Shown piece after piece: positions 1 to 8,649 of a stretch of DNA of 64,000 nucleotides. Below the pieces are notes generated by a model that saw only the letters and a program-made list of their open reading frames with translations, ran no database searches and had not been told where the DNA came from. Location: positions 4,510 to 68,509 of the forward strand of contig LQMQ01000005.1 in assembly GCA_001515205.2 (NCBI GenBank), read 5' to 3'. This DNA is from Candidatus Hadarchaeum yellowstonense (GTDB lineage: Archaea > Hadarchaeota > Hadarchaeia > Hadarchaeales > Hadarchaeaceae). How positions within the stretch are numbered: position 1 is the stretch's first letter; the number at the start of each line of letters is the position of its first letter. A program made the position numbers and the translations under genes.

Positions 1-1003
1 GGTCCTCCTCCATATCCACCGCAGCCACCTTTAATTTTTTGCGGGCAAAGGAGACACCCCTGGGTCGGCCCAGTGCTTCAAATCTAAAGAGCGTTGACTT
101 GTACCAGTTTACACCAGAGCTTTTTTCCACGGGAAATCCAAGATTTGCGGCGAAGGATTCATAGTTGACCGTGCCGTAGTTCATCGGATATCTGGAAAAA
201 TCCTTGATGATGTCGGTTATCACGCAGTTCATTCTGAGGAGCAGCTTTTCCACCGCAAGCCACTTTTTGTATGACGCCTCCAGCACCGTTAAACCAAAAT
301 ATCCGCAGCCGTTGTCCCTCAGGCATCCAACCCCTCTCCCCACAAAGGCCTTCAGCCCGCTCATGGTCTCCAATGGTTCTGAGGAGAAGACGTCGAAGGA
401 GCCGATCAGGTCCTCCGGCAGGGGCTCGGCCACATTGTATATCCTGAACTCTATATCGAGCCCATAATCCCGGTTCACCTCTTTTAAGAAGTTCCCCAGC
501 CTCTCGTCCACATCGAGGACGCAGACGCGGGAAGGCATCCCGGTCAGGGAGAGGACCACGCTCAACAGGTCGTCGTCCCCGATCAGCACTATTTTCCTCC
601 GGAGGACGTCCCCATATCGATGCATCAGCGCCGCCCTGGCAACAACGTCCTCTTCCCTCATATATCCCTGGAAAAACTCCAGCGAGGGCGCCGGTCTGCC
701 CCGGGCAATCTTTTGAAACTCCGCCAGCACCTCCTGAAACTTTCCCTGGGGGACAATCCTCTTCCCCCAACAATGGTCACAGATGCTGCTGCGGTAGAGG
801 GAGGAGTCCCTGGGGACTTTCTTCCTCCCCCGCGGCGTCAAGACAAACCCGGTTCCATCCGTGCGAATGATTTCCCTTTTTCTCATCTCGCCGAGGGCCT
901 GAACCAGATCCTTTAAGGGAAACTGGCTGTTCTCTAGGAGCTGCCAGAGGGATTTTTTAGAGGAGGCCAGTTCATTCACCACATACTCTTCAATCTTTTT
1001 CAA
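1..1003 (-). CDS. bpsA: Branched-chain polyamine synthase, N4-bis(aminopropyl)spermidine synthase (BpsA / DUF43 family). The C-terminal end runs off the window.
   Basis: This is my own minus-strand translation. It is absent from the ORF track because there is no stop inside the window. Sequence: LKKIEEYVVNELASS...CDHCWGKRIV...RKIVLIGDDDLLSVVLSLTG...VLDVDERL...FSSEPLETMSGLKAFVGRG...VNWYKSTLFRFEALG. It is collinear with Thermococcus BpsA as I recall it. A putative TTG start at 1003 overlaps the speH stop. Confidence 0.75.
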   Translation of the reverse strand, partial: MKKIEEYVVNELASSKKSLWQLLENSQFPLKDLVQALGEMRKREIIRTDGTGFVLTPRGRKKVPRDSSLYRSSICDHCWGKRIVPQGKFQEVLAEFQKIARGRPAPSLEFFQGYMREEDVVARAALMHRYGDVLRRKIVLIGDDDLLSVVLSLTGMPSRVCVLDVDERLGNFLKEVNRDYGLDIEFRIYNVAEPLPEDLIGSFDVFSSEPLETMSGLKAFVGRGVGCLRDNGCGYFGLTVLEASYKKWLAVEKLLLRMNCVITDIIKDFSRYPMNYGTVNYESFAANLGFPVEKSSGVNWYKSTLFRFEALGRPRGVSFARKKLKVAAVDMEED

Positions 1004-1346
1004 GGGGACCCCTCCAGATGACGTGCTTTTTCACCGACTTCGGCTGCAGTCCCTTGATCAGGAGGTCCAAGGCCTTAAAGGCGGGTTCCTCGGAGCCGCA
1101 GCTGAAGATGTCGAGGGCAACATAGCGGTGCTCGGGCCAGGTGTGAACGCTCAGGTGTGATTCCCTGAGGAGAAAAAAGCCCGAGACCCCGTGGGGCTCA
1201 AACTGGTGAAAAGCAGAATCAACTGGATGTAAACCTGACTCTAGCACCACGCGCTCCAGGATCTCCTGCACAGTATCCACGCGGGAGATCCTCCCAGCCT
1301 CCACGCCGAAAAATTCGGCGATAACATGGATGCCCATAACGAACAC
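990..1346 (-). CDS. speH: S-adenosylmethionine decarboxylase proenzyme (pyruvoyl type)
   Basis: 118 aa. It carries the self-processing/active-site motif ESHLSVHTWPE. The size is typical of the small prokaryotic AdoMetDC, and it lies directly upstream of bpsA. Confidence 0.9.
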   Translation of the reverse strand: MFVMGIHVIAEFFGVEAGRISRVDTVQEILERVVLESGLHPVDSAFHQFEPHGVSGFFLLRESHLSVHTWPEHRYVALDIFSCGSEEPAFKALDLLIKGLQPKSVKKHVIWRGPLEKD

Positions 1347-1742
1347 CCAATGCCACCGTCGAATTTTCTACTACCGGCCTCTGAAGCTTCCCAATCTGCG
1401 CTCATATTATTTTGATTTTTTGAAAAAATTGTAAATAAATTTTTCCCTTGTTTTCTGGCCTTGGGTGAGGATGTGCCTGAGAGAGCGGCTTCTTAATTTT
1501 TCCGTCGCAGAACGCGCCTTCAGCAGCAAAGCGTCGCCCCTCCACGGACGCCTGGTTACCAAGGACCAACGCTTTCGAGATTAAGTTCAAGTATTTGAAA
1601 AGGGCGCGCAAACGACGATTGTCATGGGCAGGTGCCAGGCGAAAATGGGAGCCCTGACCCAAAGCAACTGAAACAGGGGGGAGGTGAATCCTGTTGAAGA
1701 ATTGAGATCAATTCTCTGACCAGACTGAACCGCCGAAAGCAC

Positions 1743-3500
1743 CTATTTGTGAATCCTCTCCCTGATCTCGCGCCAGGAAAGCCCCTTCAGCGCCAGTTCG
1801 GCGATCTTCACGGCGTCCAAGGCCTTGTCCCCGAAGACGCTATGGTCGAAGGTCTCCACGTACTCTTGATTGACCGCTCCTCCGCCGCAGGCGAGCGTTA
1901 CCTCCAGTCCTTCCTGCTTCAGCCTTTCTATCAATCTGGGAAAAGCCGTCATGGTGGTGGTCATCAAGGCCGTGCCCATGACCAAGAGGGGCTTATGTTT
2001 CTTCGTCTCCTCGACTACCTTTTCAACCGGAACATCCCTTCCCAGATCTATAACCTCGTAACCATTCGCGCGCAACAAGGCAGAAACTATGTTCTTGCCA
2101 ATATCGTGAATATCTCCCTCCGCCACATGGGTGATGATCCTACCCTTCTTAACCGAAGCTCTGCCCATCTTCTTCTCACAGAGAGCTATTCCCACCTGCA
2201 TGGCATCTGCAGCGTTCACAACCTCGGGGAGGAAGTAAACCCCGTCCTCCCACATCTTGCTGACGATGTTCATCCCGCTGGTCAGTCCCTCGGCAATTAT
2301 CTTCAACGGGTCCAGCCTCGTTAGAGCTGAGCTCACCGCCGCCTCCACAGCGCTGGAGTCACCCCTGACAACCGCCCGCGCTATCTCGGCCAGCTCAGGA
2401 TCGTCCGGCAGCAGGCGCTCGTAAGCCGTGGGGGCGGCTTTCGCCATCCCGTACTTTACAAAGATCTTCCTGAAATCGACAGCCACCGGTGCCACCGCTC
2501 CCGCCTTTTTTCCATAGCGTTGGGTTTGACTGACCAGCTGCTTTATATTTTCAATTGAGGTGCCCGGCGCTAGGCTACAACCGGGAGCAACCAGATCCAC
2601 CCCACCCTCGATCGCTGCCCTCACGGCCGCCTCCACAGCGAAACCTCCCTTGAACATGAGGTCGCTGACAGGATCGATGTTGCCGATGACCGCCGTTTTT
2701 CCCCTAGCGCTGCGAACAGCGACGCTGAGATCCGTCTCCTTGGCTATGCTCAATCCATCGGCCCCAACCTCGATCACGTCTGAAACCATCTTAGTTATAT
2801 TCCCGCACATGTGAATGACGACGACGTTTTTTATCCCGTCCACGAGCCTTTTCAGCGGCTCCATGGCCACGGCTCTGAAGACCTTGCTTCCAAGCTGTGA
2901 GGAGAACATGTCCTCGACGACGATCACATCCGCCCCTCTCCGCGTCAGCTCGTTGGCATAATCGATCAAAGGATCCACCAGAGCCGATAACACTTCCGAA
3001 CTCTCCCGCTGCCTAGTGAGGGTCCACTTCAACATGTCGCTCGGGTCAAAGATCTGAGTTGCGACCGAGAACGGCCCGATGATGCCAGCCATCACCGGCA
3101 GCTCTTCCCCCAAATCCTCCGAGAGCCTTTCAACCGCGTCCAGCACCACGGGCACCCTGCCGAGCTCCAGGAAATTCTCCGGAATCCTCAGCTCCGAAAA
3201 ATCCCTCAGGTGCTCCACGATCGCCGGTATCTCCCCCTTAATTTCCATCCTTCCGCCCAAAGCCTCAGCCTCAACGGCTTGGTCAAACGGGACCCTCGCC
3301 GTTTCCAGACCGGTAAGGGAGTAGGCCGCTCCAGCAAGCTTCGCCATTTTTTCCGCGTTCAGGTGGGCCTCAGGCCAGTGGGCGCCAACCGCCTCCATCT
3401 GGTCATGCGTGGCCGTCTGACACACGGCCGTTGCCGGCACCCTATCAACCCTTCCGCCTAGAATTGCCGCCATGACCCTCTTCTTCGGTGTCATGACCAT
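1743..3500 (-). CDS. Fusion protein: MtaA-like methylcobamide:CoM methyltransferase (URO-D fold) at the N-terminus and an MtaC-like corrinoid (B12-binding) domain at the C-terminus
   Basis: 585 aa. The N-terminus (VDRVPATAVCQTATHDQMEAVGAHWPEAH) aligns by eye with Methanosarcina MtaA. Zn-ligand motifs IHMCGN and APGCSL are present. The C-terminal part has the cobalamin DxHxxG motif (GDIHDIGKNIV) and a GGGAV motif. TAG stop. Confidence 0.8.
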   Translation of the reverse strand: MVMTPKKRVMAAILGGRVDRVPATAVCQTATHDQMEAVGAHWPEAHLNAEKMAKLAGAAYSLTGLETARVPFDQAVEAEALGGRMEIKGEIPAIVEHLRDFSELRIPENFLELGRVPVVLDAVERLSEDLGEELPVMAGIIGPFSVATQIFDPSDMLKWTLTRQRESSEVLSALVDPLIDYANELTRRGADVIVVEDMFSSQLGSKVFRAVAMEPLKRLVDGIKNVVVIHMCGNITKMVSDVIEVGADGLSIAKETDLSVAVRSARGKTAVIGNIDPVSDLMFKGGFAVEAAVRAAIEGGVDLVAPGCSLAPGTSIENIKQLVSQTQRYGKKAGAVAPVAVDFRKIFVKYGMAKAAPTAYERLLPDDPELAEIARAVVRGDSSAVEAAVSSALTRLDPLKIIAEGLTSGMNIVSKMWEDGVYFLPEVVNAADAMQVGIALCEKKMGRASVKKGRIITHVAEGDIHDIGKNIVSALLRANGYEVIDLGRDVPVEKVVEETKKHKPLLVMGTALMTTTMTAFPRLIERLKQEGLEVTLACGGGAVNQEYVETFDHSVFGDKALDAVKIAELALKGLSWREIRERIHK

Positions 3501-3509
3501 TTCATCACC

Positions 3510-4895
3510 TCAAAGACCATAATTTTTCGGATCAAATGACGGGACCAGCTCCTCGTATATTTCGATGCATTCGGAGGTGAATCTGTCCCCATCGTCCGGA
3601 AATCCCTCAAGCGCTGCAATAGTTTTGTCCAGCGCTCTGAGTTCCAGCTCCGAAAGCTGAAGCTTCTCCTTTTCCTCCTCAATTATCCTGGCTGCTTCCA
3701 TCATTGCCGCCTTCGTCCTGAGATAATTATCTCCAGAATTTTCCACGATCACCCTGCCGATGCGGTAGGCATTTTCCGGGGTCAGGATGAGCGCCTGGGG
3801 GTCACGGTATTTATCTGAGAGGGTCAGCAGGTCCCTGAGCCTGATCTCGTTGCCCGTGGCCAGGGCGGCATTGAACAGGGCGACATCGTAACCCAGAATC
3901 TCGGTGAAAACCTGAGGGGTGCTGCCACCAAACATGTCACCATATTGAACTGCCTCATTAGACCAGAGATCACAGGCCACGGCCGCGATATTACCCAGGA
4001 CGCTGGAATGGGCGCAGGCCGAACTTTTTCCCTCCTGAGAGATTGGCCTTCCGGTAATGGCCTTTATGATCACCCCCTCATAACCACAATCCTTGTCCGG
4101 GCCGGTGGCTCCCGCTTCGAAGGCCACCAGCGATCTGGATGCCCCGGCCGCCCTGACCACCGCGGCGATGGTGTGGGGCATTTCCTTGTTCAGATATCCT
4201 CCCGCCAGAAACATGGCAGTGTTGGAGCGCGCACAATCGGTGTCGCCGCCGGGAACGATGCCATGTTTCCTGGCTATTCCAACGATATTTTTCCAGAGAA
4301 AAGCCATGTCGCTACAGGCGAGAACGCCGAGAGAAAAGAGAACCCCTCTTATGTCCTGCCTAGCTATTGCATGGTCGAAAACCTCTTTCCCGCCCAGCGA
4401 CTCTATCGCCAGCACGTCGGCGCCGGAACTCGCACACTTCTCGAAGGACTCAAGGACCGCGTTGAACTCCCTTCCTTCCCTCATGTCAATCTCAGCCTTT
4501 CTAATGTCGGCGATGGTCTGTCTCAGAGCGCAGTTGATCCCGTATTCCTCATGATATTTTTCCAGCAGCTCCTTCTGCAGCGCGGTTATCTCCGCCCCCC
4601 ATTCCGGGTTGCTCGTCATCTGAACCACATGCTCAGTTTCCAGCTGCACCGCAGGCAGGCCAATGTCAACGGCTCGCTCCAGAATGTCCCGCGTTATCGT
4701 TTCGTATTCCCTCTTCAGCGAGCTCAAGCTCTGCTCCTTCCCGGGCCGAGGCGAATACTTCAGCTCTGGGACCACAAAGCCGTTGCCGATCTCCAGGCCC
4801 AGCCCGTAACTCAGGGGATACTTTGCCCTGCCAAAAACGAGCTCCTGGGGGGAGCCCAGTTCCATCCGGGAGTAGTTTTTTATGCTGTCACCCAT
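3510..4895 (-). CDS. mtaB: Methanol:corrinoid methyltransferase MtaB
   Basis: Starting from the internal Met (MGDSIKNY...) the protein is 461 aa. It aligns end to end with M. barkeri MtaB as I recall it: ETEHV, GDTDCA, GPDKDCGYE, SSACAHS, and a C-terminal PKNYGL versus PENYGF. The longer ORF-track start at 5144 overlaps the larE-like gene and is rejected. Confidence 0.9.
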   Translation of the reverse strand: MGDSIKNYSRMELGSPQELVFGRAKYPLSYGLGLEIGNGFVVPELKYSPRPGKEQSLSSLKREYETITRDILERAVDIGLPAVQLETEHVVQMTSNPEWGAEITALQKELLEKYHEEYGINCALRQTIADIRKAEIDMREGREFNAVLESFEKCASSGADVLAIESLGGKEVFDHAIARQDIRGVLFSLGVLACSDMAFLWKNIVGIARKHGIVPGGDTDCARSNTAMFLAGGYLNKEMPHTIAAVVRAAGASRSLVAFEAGATGPDKDCGYEGVIIKAITGRPISQEGKSSACAHSSVLGNIAAVACDLWSNEAVQYGDMFGGSTPQVFTEILGYDVALFNAALATGNEIRLRDLLTLSDKYRDPQALILTPENAYRIGRVIVENSGDNYLRTKAAMMEAARIIEEEKEKLQLSELELRALDKTIAALEGFPDDGDRFTSECIEIYEELVPSFDPKNYGL

Positions 4896-4909
4896 AACAG
4901 TGTTATAGG

Positions 4910-4925
4910 AGTCATTTAAATAGAT
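4910..4925. promoter_or_regulatory. AT-rich palindromic TATA-like element (ATTTAAAT) in the 88-bp divergent mtaB / larE-like intergenic region
   Basis: ATTTAAAT at 4914-4921 is the only AT-rich block between the two divergent starts (4895 and 4984). The spacing to the mtaB ATG is short, which would imply a near-leaderless transcript. Confidence 0.3.
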
Positions 4926-4983
4926 TTCTACAGGGTCGCGGAACCCGTTTAACCCCCTGCGTAAAAAGGAGCGGTGAGGACCC

Positions 4984-5775
4984 ATGAGGCTGGAAAGGAA
5001 GTTGCAAAGGTTGAAGGCGACAATCGCGGGCTGCGAGAGCGCCGTTGCGGCCTTTTCCGGCGGGGTGGACTCCTCGCTGGTCTGCGCGGTCGCACATGAA
5101 GTCCTAGGAAGCCGCGCCGTGGCCGTCACCGCCCTGTCGCCCACCTATCCCCCCGAGGAGCTGACGACAGCAAAAGCGGTGGCCGAGAGGATCGGAATCG
5201 GGCTCCTGGTGGTAAAAACCGAGGAGATGAACAACCCCCATTTTCTCAAAAACCCTCCCGACCGCTGCTACCACTGCAAAAGGGAACTTCTGGAGAAGCT
5301 GGAGAAAATCAGGGTCGAGCTCGGGTTCAAAAATATCCTTGACGGCACCAACCGGGACGACCTCGCTGACCTCCGGCCGGGCTTGCGCGCTCTCAGGGAG
5401 TTCCGGGTGATCAGCCCCCTCGCGGTGGCGGGACTGACCAAGGAAGAGGTCCGCCGGCTGGCATCGAGTTACGGGCTGCCCAACGCGGAGAAGCCGGCCA
5501 GCCCCTGCCTTGCCTCACGCATACCCTTTGGCCAAGAAATCACCGCCGAGAAGCTGAAACGCATCGCTCGAGGTGAGGGGTTCCTCCGTTCGCTGGGATT
5601 CCGCGTGGTCCGGGTCAGGGATCATGAAACCCTGGCGAGGGTCGAGGTGGGGAAGGAAGAGCTGCCCCGCGCCAAGGAGCTGGAGGAAAGGATCCGCCGC
5701 GGACTGAAAGGGCTGGGCTACAGCAGCGTTGAAATCGACGAGCGCGGCTACCGTGAGGGAGGGGCAAACCTTTAA
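4984..5775 (+). CDS. PP-loop ATP-dependent sulfur transferase, LarE-like (TIGR00268-type)
   Basis: 263 aa. It has the PP-loop SGGVDSS and the LarE-type motif SPCLASRIPFG, plus an extra CxxC (DRCYHCK). Three Cys together resemble the Fe-S-cluster LarE subtype. No larB or larC is present in the window. Confidence 0.7.
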   Translation: MRLERKLQRLKATIAGCESAVAAFSGGVDSSLVCAVAHEVLGSRAVAVTALSPTYPPEELTTAKAVAERIGIGLLVVKTEEMNNPHFLKNPPDRCYHCKRELLEKLEKIRVELGFKNILDGTNRDDLADLRPGLRALREFRVISPLAVAGLTKEEVRRLASSYGLPNAEKPASPCLASRIPFGQEITAEKLKRIARGEGFLRSLGFRVVRVRDHETLARVEVGKEELPRAKELEERIRRGLKGLGYSSVEIDERGYREGGANL

Positions 5776-5805
5776 GGGAAGAACTACTTTAATTGGTGGG
5801 AGAAA

Positions 5806-6594
5806 ATGCCAACCTTTGAACCATCTGGAGAGAAGGAAGTCACCCGGGCCATAGTCGAGGGCTTCATGAAGGACTTCCACCGCTACGCGGAGAGCGATGT
5901 CATCATAGTGGGGGGAGGACCCAGTGGGCTCATGGCTGCCCGGGAGCTGGCCAGGCGAGGCGTGGCCACGCTGGTGATCGAGCGCAACAACTACCTCGGC
6001 GGCGGCTTCTGGATCGGCGGCTATCTGATGAACAAAATCACCGTGCGCGCGCCGGGGCACAAAATCCTGGAAGAGCTGGGAGTTCCCTACAGCGAGTCTT
6101 CAAAGGGGCTCTACGTTGCCGACGGTCCACACGCCTGTTCAAAGCTGATCGCCGCAGCGTGTGATGCCGGGGCGAAAATCCTGAACATGACGCTGATCGA
6201 TGATGTCATCCTGAAGGAGAAGGGCCGTGTCGGCGGCGTGGTCGTCAACTGGACCCCGGTATCGGCACTGCCCCGGGAGATAACCTGCGTCGATCCCGTG
6301 GGACTCGAGAGCAAGCTGGTCATCGACGCCACCGGCCATGACGCGGCCGTGGTGCGGATGCTGGAGAAGCGTGGACTGATCAAAGTGCTGGGCTACGGCG
6401 CGATGTGGGTCGAACGCTCCGAGGACCTGGTCGTCGAGCACACGGGCGAGGTCTACCCCGGCCTGATCGTCACCGGGATGTCTGTCACGACCGCCTACGG
6501 GCTACCGAGGATGGGACCAACCTTTGGCGCGATGCTGCTGAGCGGGAAGCGGGCCGCCGAGATCGCCTATGAGAAGCTCCGGGAAATCAGGTAA
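5806..6594 (+). CDS. thi4: Thiazole synthase Thi4 (archaeal type)
   Basis: 262 aa. It has the dinucleotide fold [11 protein letters not shown]. The motif [11 protein letters not shown] sits where yeast THI4 has the sacrificial Cys (SCGHD). The C-terminus is GMSV...[14 protein letters not shown]. Confidence 0.9.
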   Translation: MPTFEPSGEKEVTRAIVEGFMKDFHRYAESDVIIVGGGPSGLMAARELARRGVATLVIERNNYLGGGFWIGGYLMNKITVRAPGHKILEELGVPYSESSKGLYVADGPHACSKLIAAACDAGAKILNMTLIDDVILKEKGRVGGVVVNWTPVSALPREITCVDPVGLESKLVIDATGHDAAVVRMLEKRGLIKVLGYGAMWVERSEDLVVEHTGEVYPGLIVTGMSVTTAYGLPRMGPTFGAMLLSGKRAAEIAYEKLREIR

Positions 6595-7402
6595 ACTGTT
6601 ACCCCAAGTCCATCTTTATCCAGACAGGTCTTCCCGAACACTCGACCTTGAAGAGATCGCCAGCTACCTGATTGAGAAGTTGAACCGGTTGTCGGTGGAC
6701 ATCAGGGGCCCGCTCTTCACGGAAAGAGCTGGAGTGAACACCAGGGAACTGGCGCGAGAGCTGGCCAGAGCCAGAATCCGCGACCCGATGAGAAAAAACT
6801 CCGACTCTGAACCCCTCCCCGCCGAGATCAACCTGGAGCAGAAGCTGCTCCAGAACCCGGAGCTGAGGATCCTCGGGCTCTTCTACGATGGGGTTTCCCT
6901 CTGGAGGCTGGCCCTGAAGCTGATCCCGGAGGAAGAGCGGAATCACGGCCATCTCCACATCGCCTTCACCAACCGGCTCTTCGGAACTTGGGATGAGGCC
7001 GACGCCAGATACCATGCTCGGGTGAGCCTCTACGGCTTCCCCTGCCTGATCTCGACGACCGGAATCGTGGAGGCCCCGGCCAAGCCGAAGGAGTTCTACG
7101 CGCTGAGGCAGCACTATCTGGCGCTCGGGGTCCCCGGGGCCTACGAGGAGCTGAAGGAAAGGTTCCGCGGCCGTTTCATCGACTACGACGACGGAAGGCT
7201 CACCGAGGTGATGAAGGGTTACGTCATGCAGGCCCTGTTCTACCACCTGACCGGCCACCCCTTCTGCGAGGACAGGAATTGCCGCCTTTACAACGCCCAC
7301 TGGCAGGAGGAGGTCATCGCGGCGCAGCTGGGGCCCAAGAAGAGCGAATTCTGCGAGGCCCACGCCAGGATTTTGCAGGAACTCCAGTCGAGCATAACTT
7401 GA
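6569..7402 (+). CDS. Archaemetzincin-like protein with a degenerate metalloprotease motif
   Basis: 277 aa. The C-terminal stretch [20 protein letters not shown]...EFCEAH parallels the archaemetzincin pattern HExxHxxGx3Cx4CxMx17CxxC, but the HExxH Glu and first His are absent. The ATG at 6569 overlaps the thi4 end by 26 nt. Confidence 0.6.
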   Translation: MRSSGKSGKLLPQVHLYPDRSSRTLDLEEIASYLIEKLNRLSVDIRGPLFTERAGVNTRELARELARARIRDPMRKNSDSEPLPAEINLEQKLLQNPELRILGLFYDGVSLWRLALKLIPEEERNHGHLHIAFTNRLFGTWDEADARYHARVSLYGFPCLISTTGIVEAPAKPKEFYALRQHYLALGVPGAYEELKERFRGRFIDYDDGRLTEVMKGYVMQALFYHLTGHPFCEDRNCRLYNAHWQEEVIAAQLGPKKSEFCEAHARILQELQSSIT

Positions 7403-7457
7403 AAATTTCTGGTTTTATTGAAACGAACGACTGAGTGGCTGGCGAACAAGCCGCAGG

Positions 7458-8132
7458 CTAGACAAGTTTTTCCAGATAACTCTCAAAATCCTCCCTGAAG
7501 GTCCGCACCTCCAACGCGCCGTCCAGTTGTTCCCTGATGGCCTCCTCGAGGTTGAGCCTCTTAAGAAGGGAGTCAACCGCGACGGGGCTGGCCCTGGTCC
7601 GTGGATATCTGGGGGTGGCATAACAGCAGCCGGCGTGGACCTCGTGCCAGATCCCCAGCCTGCGCGACAGCTGCTCGACCTCAACCTTGTCCATGCCCAG
7701 CAGGGGTCGCAGCACCGGGAATTTCAGCCCCGCCGTGGTGGCCCAGAGGTTGGTGAGAGTCTGAGAGGCCTTCTGCCCCAGCGACTCTCCGGTGACGATG
7801 CCCGAGGCCCCCTCGCGCTGACAAACCAGCTCGGCCGCCCGAAACATGCCGCGCCGGCACAGCAGGCAGGCGTAGCTTCTCTGCTGGCCACCCATGATCT
7901 TTTTCAGGACTTTGGACCAAGGATAGACGATGACCTTTTCAAAGTCAACTTTTTTCCTGACGTCCTCCAGCACCCTCATCGCCACCAGGAAGGAATCCTC
8001 GCAGGTGTAGGGATAAAGGCAGAAGTGAAGCGGCAGGACATCAAATCTCCTGGCGGCCAGTGCCAGAGCCACGGGAGAGTCGATGCCGCCGGAGACCAAG
8101 CAGACCACTCTTTCCCTCGCCATCGCCATCAA
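7458..8132 (-). CDS. ThiI-like PP-loop sulfurtransferase lacking THUMP and rhodanese domains
   Basis: 224 aa. It has the PP-loop VSGGIDSPVA and Cys motifs CLLCRRG and HAGCCY. It is about the size of the ThiI adenylation domain only. Confidence 0.7.
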   Translation of the reverse strand: MMAMARERVVCLVSGGIDSPVALALAARRFDVLPLHFCLYPYTCEDSFLVAMRVLEDVRKKVDFEKVIVYPWSKVLKKIMGGQQRSYACLLCRRGMFRAAELVCQREGASGIVTGESLGQKASQTLTNLWATTAGLKFPVLRPLLGMDKVEVEQLSRRLGIWHEVHAGCCYATPRYPRTRASPVAVDSLLKRLNLEEAIREQLDGALEVRTFREDFESYLEKLV

Positions 8133-8140
8133 GAAACTTA

Positions 8141-8150
8141 TTAAATAAAC
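8141..8150 (+). promoter_or_regulatory. TATA box for tRNA-Cys
   Basis: TTAAATAAAC ends 21 nt before the mature tRNA 5' end. The same AAATAAAC core is seen at 23471 and 25895. Confidence 0.4.
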
Positions 8151-8170
8151 ATCGTTATAGTATTTTGCGT

Positions 8171-8247
8171 GCCGGGGTTGCTAAGCTCGGTAAAGCGGTG
8201 GGCTGCAGACCCGCTATTCGTCGGTTCAAATCCGACCCCCGGCTCCA
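8171..8247 (+). tRNA. tRNA-Cys (GCA), CCA encoded
   Basis: I folded the cloverleaf by hand. Acceptor: GCCGGGG/CCCCGGC. Anticodon stem: GTGGG/CCCGC. Anticodon loop: CTGCAGA. T arm: GTCGG-TTCAAAT-CCGAC. Discriminator U73, then CCA. Confidence 0.9.
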
Positions 8248-8251
8248 CGTC

Positions 8252-8258
8252 TTTTTTT
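8252..8258 (+). terminator. Oligo-T (T7) archaeal terminator after tRNA-Cys
   Basis: TTTTTTT begins 5 nt after the encoded CCA. Confidence 0.5.
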
Positions 8259-8649
8259 ACAATCCAATGTCAACGATGCAATTAGACCGATGCCAGATCA
8301 AACACCTGAAAGACCAAATAACGGTGGCTTATCATGGCGATAAAGGCGCCAATTAGGCCCAGCATAAGTGAACCCCACCGGCGTAAAAAATGAGTTGAGA
8401 ATTCAAGCCACATCGGCTCGCTGGTGGTTTCCCCGTTTTCCTTCTGACTGGCTTCCACCCCACTCCAAAAAAAGATGATCGGTAGTGCGGGAAGGGTACC
8501 ATGATGAAAAACGGGATGTTGAAAAAGGGGTTGAGAAGTTCCAACTGTCAAGGGGATAAATCCCAGCAGTTGGCCATCTAAAGTGATATCATTTTCAAAA
8601 AAGGCGGGGCGGATGGTAACTATTAAATCTCTCGGGGCGCAGTAAGTCT

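Noticed and set aside
159-773. A 204-aa minus-strand ORF and neighbouring 87-98-aa ORFs at the left end of the window
   Set aside because: They are Gly/Arg/Pro-rich shadow frames of the real bpsA reading frame on the same strand. The bpsA frame has clear homology and no stop across 2..1003.
4896-5144. The N-terminal 83-aa extension of the mtaB ORF, and the 324-aa antisense ORF at 3945..4919
   Set aside because: The extension overlaps the larE-like gene and has no counterpart in MtaB. The internal Met gives a 461-aa protein collinear with known MtaB. The antisense ORF is low-complexity and Arg/Gly-rich.
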